DNA from: Desulfococcus sp.
Lineage (GTDB): Bacteria > Desulfobacterota > Desulfobacteria > Desulfobacterales > Desulfococcaceae
Reading direction: 5' to 3'
DNA: 64,000 nt
Assembly: GCF_041737845.1 (NCBI RefSeq)
Contig: NZ_JBGSQX010000018.1
Span: forward strand, 6,025-70,024
Shown here: positions 58,063-64,000 of the stretch, piece by piece
How the letters are laid out: each line of letters begins with the position of its first letter
Position numbering within the stretch: the stretch's first letter is position 1
Position numbers and translations under genes: made by a program
Notes under the pieces: model-generated
What the model saw: only the letters and a program-made list of their open reading frames with translations
Told to the model about the DNA's origin: nothing
Database searches by the model: none

Positions 58063-59376
58063 TCACGCATCTGCCGGCGGAGCCTTTTTCGCCTTCTGGC
58101 CAAAATCATCCGCCTCGTATTCCTCAGGTCGATCCGCGCCGGCCTGTTTCCCCTTCATGCCGCCTGCATCACCCTCCTTTTCCCAACTCTCGGCAAATTC
58201 GTCGAATGCCGGATACCGGCCGCCATCAGTGGCATCCGGCTGCTCAAGATCCATCATCCACTCGGCGCCCGTCCCATTTTCCCGGATTTCCTTGGATCCT
58301 CCCGGATCCGGATGCTGTTCGGTGTTCTCCATCTCCTTTTCAAGGTAGAAGCGCTTCTGCATCCGCTTTCTGGCCATTTTCTGAAGGTCCACAACGGAAT
58401 CGTTTTCATCAACGATCTCCGTTCCCAACACCGTCTCGATGAGATCCTCCAGCGTCACAAGACCCGAAACGCCGCCGTATTCATCCCCGATGATGGCGAT
58501 ATGAAGCCTCTTTTTGAGGAAAGTGGTGAGGAGGACCAGACAGTTTTCCTCCGCGCGGACAAACATGATGGGTTTGGTGATGGCCGCCAGGCGGGTCTCC
58601 GGCTCGCTCTGAATCTGGGCGGAGCTGAGATCATGGGTCATGATATACCCGACGATGTTCTCCCGATCCCCCCGGTAGACGGGTATCCGGGTGAACCCTC
58701 TTTCCCTCGCCGGCCCGACCGCCGCCCCGACCGTCATCTCTTCATCCAGGGTGAACATCACCGTCCTCGGCGTCATGATCTCTTCAACGGGCTTGCCCTC
58801 CAGGCTGATGATATTGTGGAGCATCAAGCTCTCCCACTGTGAAATTTCGCCGCCCCTCGCGCCCAGGCGGATGGTCCCCAGGATATCCTCCTCCGTCACC
58901 GCGGGGCCCTTGCCGTCGTCCCGCATCATCATTTGGGAAAACTTCTGGGTGATGAAAATCAGCGGGTACAGCGCATATTTCAGGATGGTGAGGGGCCAGA
59001 TGATGGTGGGCCACAGCGAACGCCAGTGCACCACGCCGATTGTTTTAGGAACTATCTCGGTTAGATAGAGTACGGCCACGGTAAATACAAGGGAAAACAT
59101 GGGCACCATGGCATCGCCCAGGACCCTGCTGGCATACATCCCGGAAAGGGTGGCACCGGCGGTATGGGCCACCGTATTCAAGATCAGGATGGCGGAAATG
59201 GGCACGGAAATCTTGCTCTTCATTTGGATCATCTTGATCGCCTGGGCCTTTCGTTTCCCCCCGGTTTTTTCCGCCTCCAGAGTTCCCAGCCGGGTGGAAT
59301 AGAGAATGGCTTCGTACAGCGAGCATATAAATGATACTATTAGGGTTATTGATACAATTGTAATCAGGATAGCCAT
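58063..59376 (-). CDS. CNNM/CorB (DUF21 plus CBS) family protein
   Basis: SFICSLYEA, ILILNT, EIVPKT, IMTPR, FTRIPVY and DEYGGVSGLVTLEDLIE. Confidence 0.9.
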   Translation of the reverse strand: MAILITIVSITLIVSFICSLYEAILYSTRLGTLEAEKTGGKRKAQAIKMIQMKSKISVPISAILILNTVAHTAGATLSGMYASRVLGDAMVPMFSLVFTVAVLYLTEIVPKTIGVVHWRSLWPTIIWPLTILKYALYPLIFITQKFSQMMMRDDGKGPAVTEEDILGTIRLGARGGEISQWESLMLHNIISLEGKPVEEIMTPRTVMFTLDEEMTVGAAVGPARERGFTRIPVYRGDRENIVGYIMTHDLSSAQIQSEPETRLAAITKPIMFVRAEENCLVLLTTFLKKRLHIAIIGDEYGGVSGLVTLEDLIETVLGTEIVDENDSVVDLQKMARKRMQKRFYLEKEMENTEQHPDPGGSKEIRENGTGAEWMMDLEQPDATDGGRYPAFDEFAESWEKEGDAGGMKGKQAGADRPEEYEADDFGQKAKKAPPADA

Positions 59377-59916
59377 TAATCATCCTTAATTGTTTATTGA
59401 TAAAAAATCTTTTTGTGTATCGAGAAGATACGCCAAAAAGACAGGTTTACGGCGTCTGCCGGCGATTGAATCTTTGAGAGTTTCATGAGGCTTCCCTGCC
59501 TGATGGCAATGGTGTTCCCCTTGGCGTCCCGATCAAACGGCAACCTCCGGCGTCATAGGCCCTCAGTTGCGCGATGTCCGGGGCCAAGGACCGTTCGGTC
59601 GAGTGCTCGTCAATTCCGGCGCTCGGGGGATATTCCTGGAAGTGGATGGGGATTGCCAAACGACGGCGGGGCGGCGGAAACAGTTCTTCAGACCTCCCCG
59701 CACGGACCGTGGTTTTCCATCCACAGATCTGATCAAGGCGGCGGCATCCGATTTGGGTGCATGTCTTCCTTTATTTCCTCTTGTTACGGCATGGTAAGAT
59801 GACTGGTGGGACGGCTTGCATCCCCTGGCTCACCATAGGTCATCCGGCCAGGGGATGGTTGGTTGAGGTCTTGCTTTTCCGCAAAAGGGACCGGTCTGTC
59901 AAGATTTTTTTCACTA

Positions 59917-60120
59917 TCACGTTAAACGGTTGATGACGGACTCCGACAGCGAGTCGTCATCCGATTGGAATACCGGAATCAGTTCCGCAGCGATATCCTT
60001 GATGGACTTAATTTTCTTTCTTCGCATGACCGCCTGTATTTTCTCGACACCGTCTTCAATTGACTTCAATCCTTCGGCGATGCGGAGGATGTCGTCTCTG
60101 GAAATGCGTTCTTCCGCCAT
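59917..60120 (-). CDS. Hypothetical protein (67 aa)
   Basis: AGGAGG RBS; upstream TTGACA-N18-TATATT (60188-60217). Confidence 0.72.
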   Translation of the reverse strand: MAEERISRDDILRIAEGLKSIEDGVEKIQAVMRRKKIKSIKDIAAELIPVFQSDDDSLSESVINRLT

Positions 60121-60307
60121 GTTAGCCTCCTGTAATAGGGTGATTCAGGGCCGCCCGGCCCTTACAGTCCATCTTGCCCTGTTTCATAATATAGGTTACC
60201 CCGGCCGGGGATGTCAAAAGAAATGATGGCTTTTATCTTCAAATGAGGCTTCCGTCAGCGCGGTACCGATGCCGGGATGAAAGACACCGGGAGCCTGTTC
60301 CGTGTCG

Positions 60308-60652
60308 TTAAAAGAGCGCCTGGTTCCGAATCAGCGTATATCTCAGCTCCATCCGGCCGTCCCTGTCGGCGGGCCTGACGTCCACGATCAGTCGCCATGC
60401 CGAGTGGGATTCCATCAAGTCCGCGGCCTGCATGACCTTCAGCATCACCACAGGCGACTCGTCCGCTTTGACCGTGATGGATTCGCTCTCTTCGAAAGAG
60501 ATTTCATCTTTTTCATTTTTTCCGTACCCAAGACCGACCAAAGCGCTCCCATCCCCGTAATAGAGAAGCGCCTTGTTCACGGCCGCGGCCAGTTTCGGGG
60601 TGTATGTTGAAATTTCCCTGCTGATCGTGTTTACCAGTTCAAAAGGTGTCAT
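60308..60652 (-). CDS. Hypothetical protein (114 aa)
   Basis: Protein-like composition; GGGGA upstream; fills the gap on the coding strand. Confidence 0.65.
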   Translation of the reverse strand: MTPFELVNTISREISTYTPKLAAAVNKALLYYGDGSALVGLGYGKNEKDEISFEESESITVKADESPVVMLKVMQAADLMESHSAWRLIVDVRPADRDGRMELRYTLIRNQALF

Positions 60653-60738
60653 CCTTAATCCCCATTTTCAGTAATTGGCATCTTGAAGTGCCTTCGCCAG
60701 ACCTTGAAAAACTGGCCTTCTTTACCAGATTCGCCGGC

Positions 60739-60773
60739 AAAAAAAAAGCACCCTCTTCGTATAAAGGGGGTGC
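60739..60773 (-). terminator. Intrinsic terminator after acyl-CoA synthetase
   Basis: GCACCC...GGGTGC hairpin followed by T9 on the minus strand. Confidence 0.8.
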
Positions 60774-60844
60774 CTTGAAAATCCGCAGGCAGCCTCCAGG
60801 CCGGATTGCCCGTTCCGGAGGCTGATTGCCGAACGTTTTATTCG

Positions 60845-62524
60845 CTAAGCGGTTTCGATTTTTGCCGCTTCCTCGCGGTTCAACGCCGTGGTCGCCAGTT
60901 CCCTCAGCTTGTACTTCTGGATCTTGCCGCTGGCCGTCGTGGGATATTCGTTGACAAAAAGGAAGAACGCCGGAATCTTGTGAAAGGCGATCTTGCCGTC
61001 ACAGAAGGCCTTCATCTCCGCTTCATCGGCGGCGACGCCCTCCTTGAGCTGGATGAACGCCGCCACCTCTTCGCCGTATTTTATGCTCGGAACCCCGACC
61101 ACCTGGACGTCCTTCACCTTGGGTTGGGTATACAGGAACTCCTCGATCTCCCTGGGATAGATGTTTTCACCGCCCCGGATGATCATGTCCTTGATGCGGC
61201 CGGTGATCTTGCAATACCCTTTCTCATCCATGATCGCCAGGTCCCCGGTATGGAGCCACCCTTCGGCATCGATGGCGTCGGCCGTGGCCTCGGGATTCTT
61301 GTAATAGCCTTTCATCACGTGATAACCGCGGGTGCACAGCTCTCCCTGGACTCCCGGTGCCACCGTCTCCAAGGTTACCGGATCGATAATTTTGACCTCT
61401 TCGTTGGGCAGTGCCCGTCCGACGGTGCTGACCCGCCGTTCCAGCGAATCCTCCGGGCGGGTCTGGGTGATCACCGGCGAGGCCTCGGTCTGTCCGTAGG
61501 CAATGGTCATCTCCCTGGCGCCCATGACGTCGACCACCTTCTTCATGACCTCGATGGGACACGGCGATCCAGCCATGATTCCGGTCCGAAGGGAAGAGGT
61601 ATCGTATGACCGCTTCGTCATTTCTTCGAGTTCGGCGATGAACATGGTGGGGACCCCGTGAAGGGCCGTGCACTTGTTGTGCTCGACCACCTCGAGCACC
61701 TCCGTCGGGGTAAAGGACGGCACCGGCGACATGCAGGCGGCTGAAACAACGCACGAAAGCGTCCCCAGTACGCAGCCGAAGCAGTGGAAGAACGGCACCG
61801 GTATGCAGAGGTTGTCCTTGGACGACAGGCTCATGCATCCTGCGATGCTCTTGGCATTGCCGATGAGGTTGGTGTGGGTCAGCATGACACCCTTGGGGAA
61901 CCCGGTCGTCCCCGAGGTATACTGCATGTTGATCACATCGTGGGGATCCATGGAATCCTGCCGCGCACGAAGGTCCGCATCGGATACGGCCCGCCCCATT
62001 TCAATGACGTCGCCCCAGGTGAACATTCCCGGCTGCCGCTCCTTGGCCAGGAGGACCACATTCTTCAGCTTGGGAAGCTTGGCGCACTCAAGCTTGCCGG
62101 GTTCGCAATCCTTCAGCTCGGGACAGACATCGTAGACGACCTTGAGATAATCGTCGGGTTCCCGAATGCCGCCGACCAGCACCAGCGTTGTGGCATCGGA
62201 CTGCCGCAGCAGGTAGTCCAGCTCAAAACTGCGGTAGTTGGTGTTGACGGTAACGAGGACGCCGCCCATCTTGCCGGTGCCGAACTGGCTGAAGAGCCAC
62301 TCCGGGACATTATTGGCCCAGATGGCGATATGCTCCCCCTTCGCCACGCCAAGGGCCATGAACCCCTTCGCCACGTCGTTGCAGACTTTCTGGAAATCCC
62401 GGTAGGTATAATCAATCCCTGCTTTGTGATACATCACCGCCTTGCTGTCGCCGAACTGGTCGGCAACCAGGTCGACCAACTGGCCGATGGTGGTCTTGCC
62501 GACTTCAAACCGAGGTAACGTCAT
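60845..62524 (-). CDS. Acyl-CoA synthetase (AMP-binding; ACSF2/LcfB-like)
   Basis: YTSGTTGFPKG, YGQTE, TGD, IIRGGENIYPREIE and SGKIQK. Confidence 0.92.
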   Translation of the reverse strand: MTLPRFEVGKTTIGQLVDLVADQFGDSKAVMYHKAGIDYTYRDFQKVCNDVAKGFMALGVAKGEHIAIWANNVPEWLFSQFGTGKMGGVLVTVNTNYRSFELDYLLRQSDATTLVLVGGIREPDDYLKVVYDVCPELKDCEPGKLECAKLPKLKNVVLLAKERQPGMFTWGDVIEMGRAVSDADLRARQDSMDPHDVINMQYTSGTTGFPKGVMLTHTNLIGNAKSIAGCMSLSSKDNLCIPVPFFHCFGCVLGTLSCVVSAACMSPVPSFTPTEVLEVVEHNKCTALHGVPTMFIAELEEMTKRSYDTSSLRTGIMAGSPCPIEVMKKVVDVMGAREMTIAYGQTEASPVITQTRPEDSLERRVSTVGRALPNEEVKIIDPVTLETVAPGVQGELCTRGYHVMKGYYKNPEATADAIDAEGWLHTGDLAIMDEKGYCKITGRIKDMIIRGGENIYPREIEEFLYTQPKVKDVQVVGVPSIKYGEEVAAFIQLKEGVAADEAEMKAFCDGKIAFHKIPAFFLFVNEYPTTASGKIQKYKLRELATTALNREEAAKIETA

Positions 62525-62694
62525 ACATCCTCCCCATAAATCGATTGTTCGCGTTAGATTGTAGCCTAGTTCATTACATCGAGACCTATCTGCCCCGCTG
62601 ACGATTCACCGAAATCCGGGCGGACCCGGAGTGAAAGGTGACCGTCATCGTGAATGATCTGTTTTTCTGAAGACCCCGTGCCACAGGAACGGGC

Positions 62695-63999
62695 TCAGTT
62701 CACCTTTTTATCCCGGCCTTTCCACTCCTTATCCCTCAGCTTGAATTTCTGGATCTTGCCGGTAGCGGTTTTGGGAAGCTCCCCGAATTCCACGGTTTTC
62801 GGTGCCTTGAAGCGCGCCAGGTGCTCCTTGCAGAAATTGATGATGTCTTCCGCGGTAGGATTGGTGCCGGGCTTCGAAACGACGAAGGCCTTGGGCACCT
62901 CTCCCCATTTTTCGTCGGGGACGGAGACCACGGCGACCTCCATGACATCGGGGTGCTTGTAGAGAACGTTTTCCACCTCGACGGTGGAGATGTTCTCACC
63001 GCCGCTGATGATGATGTCTTTTTTCCGGTCCATGATCTGGGCGTAATTGTTGGGATGCATGACCGCGAGATCGCCGCTGTGGAACCACCCGCCCTTGAAG
63101 GCCTCCGCAGTCGCCTCCGGATCTTTGTAATAGCCCAGCATCACGTTGTTGCCCCGCATGACGATCTCGCCGATGGTCTGGCCGTCCCTGGGAACCGGCT
63201 GCATCGTCACGGGGTCCACAACGTCCATGTACATGGCGATGATGAACGGGACGCCCTGGCGGGCCTTGATCTTTGCCCTTTCCTCAAGGGGAAGATGGTC
63301 CCATTTTGCCTGCCACTGGCAGACGCTGTGGGGGCCGAACACCTCGGTCAACCCATAGGTCTGGGTGATATTGGCCCCGATATTCTCCATGTTCTGGATG
63401 ACGGTCGGCGCCGGCGGCGCACCGGCCGTCATGATCTCAAGGCGATGATCGAGCTTGATGTTATGCTGGGTGGCGTAGGTGGACATGCCGATCAAAATCG
63501 TCGGCGCCGCACAGAGGTGGGTCACGCCCCCTTCCTTGATCAGGCGGTAGATCTCCTCCGGGACCACCTTCCGCAGACAGAGGTGCGTCGCCCCCATGGC
63601 CGTGATGCCCCAGGTGAAACACCAGCCGTTGCAGTGAAACATGGGGAGGGTCCAGAGATAGATCGACCGGCTGTTGGTGCCGAACTCCAGTTGCTCGCCC
63701 AAGGCGTTCAGATAGGCGCCCCGGTGGTGATACATGACGCCCTTGGGCAGCCCGGTGGTGCCGGAGGTATAGTTGATGGTCATGATCTGGTACTCGTCAT
63801 CGATATCCGGCACGATGGGGTCGGGTGAGCCGGAGGCCAGGAACTCCTCGTATTCCATGCCGTCGAGGGGCCGGTCCTTGCTGATGTCGCAGATGTTGAC
63901 GTAGGTCTTGACCTTGGGGAGATCGCCCGTTACGGGCGCCACGAGGCCCGCGAATTCGTTGTCCGCGAAAACGGCCTTGGCGTCCGAATGGTCGATGAT
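62695..63999 (-). CDS. Acyl-CoA synthetase (AMP-binding), 5' truncated by the window edge
   Basis: YTSGTTGLPKG, FHCNGW, YGLTE, SGD and TGKIQK; frame is open to the window end. Confidence 0.92.
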   Translation of the reverse strand: MIDHSDAKAVFADNEFAGLVAPVTGDLPKVKTYVNICDISKDRPLDGMEYEEFLASGSPDPIVPDIDDEYQIMTINYTSGTTGLPKGVMYHHRGAYLNALGEQLEFGTNSRSIYLWTLPMFHCNGWCFTWGITAMGATHLCLRKVVPEEIYRLIKEGGVTHLCAAPTILIGMSTYATQHNIKLDHRLEIMTAGAPPAPTVIQNMENIGANITQTYGLTEVFGPHSVCQWQAKWDHLPLEERAKIKARQGVPFIIAMYMDVVDPVTMQPVPRDGQTIGEIVMRGNNVMLGYYKDPEATAEAFKGGWFHSGDLAVMHPNNYAQIMDRKKDIIISGGENISTVEVENVLYKHPDVMEVAVVSVPDEKWGEVPKAFVVSKPGTNPTAEDIINFCKEHLARFKAPKTVEFGELPKTATGKIQKFKLRDKEWKGRDKKVN

Positions 64000-64000
64000 A

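Noticed and set aside
59733-59762. TGA of the MHPNRMPPP mini-ORF as a second selenocysteine codon
   Set aside because: No Cys or redox context, no convincing SECIS, and another TGA follows 15 codons later.
1-64000. CRISPR arrays, tRNA/rRNA genes, IS elements, prophage or defence islands
   Set aside because: By eye I found no spaced direct repeats, cloverleaf signatures, transposase or integrase motifs, or extended compositional shifts; Infernal and tRNAscan were not run.

Overview
A gene-dense, GC-rich chromosomal window from a sulfate-reducing deltaproteobacterium, probably Desulfobacterales and Desulfococcus-like (inferred from gene content, not proven). From left to right it holds: a type II secretion operon (gspL partial, gspM, N, C, D, E and a TPR protein); moaA; iorAB with a TRAP transporter; a DUF3524/GTDC1-like glycosyltransferase coupled to a nucleotide-sugar dehydrogenase; a pseudouridine synthase; argJ; an AEC permease, truA, fba, a NUDIX hydrolase and HMG-CoA lyase; a glycosyltransferase-methyltransferase pair; a sigma54 activator flanked by two sigma54 promoters; thiE, htpX and a cold-shock gene; a TetR-icmF-thiolase-hbd-acyl-CoA dehydrogenase cluster; an LpoA-like lipoprotein; cydAB with rubredoxin; an A-adding tRNA nucleotidyltransferase; nifUS; a double CDP-alcohol phosphotransferase; a CNNM protein; and two acyl-CoA synthetases. 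I found no tRNA, rRNA, CRISPR array, transposase or prophage gene. The main observations are: (1) a 70-aa dual-CxxC selenoprotein missing from the ORF track, with an in-frame TGA and a SECIS-like hairpin; (2) a gene pair resembling mycobacterial methylmannose-polysaccharide genes (ManT plus methyltransferase), where the methyltransferase seems to have lost its stop codon; (3) a bacterial homolog of the tRNA-queuosine mannosyltransferase GTDC1/QTMAN next to a uronic-acid donor enzyme; (4) a sigma54 activator with a degenerate receiver and visible candidate binding sites; (5) an unannotated rubredoxin with a CxC knuckle. All family assignments come from motif recognition and recall; no database searches were run.
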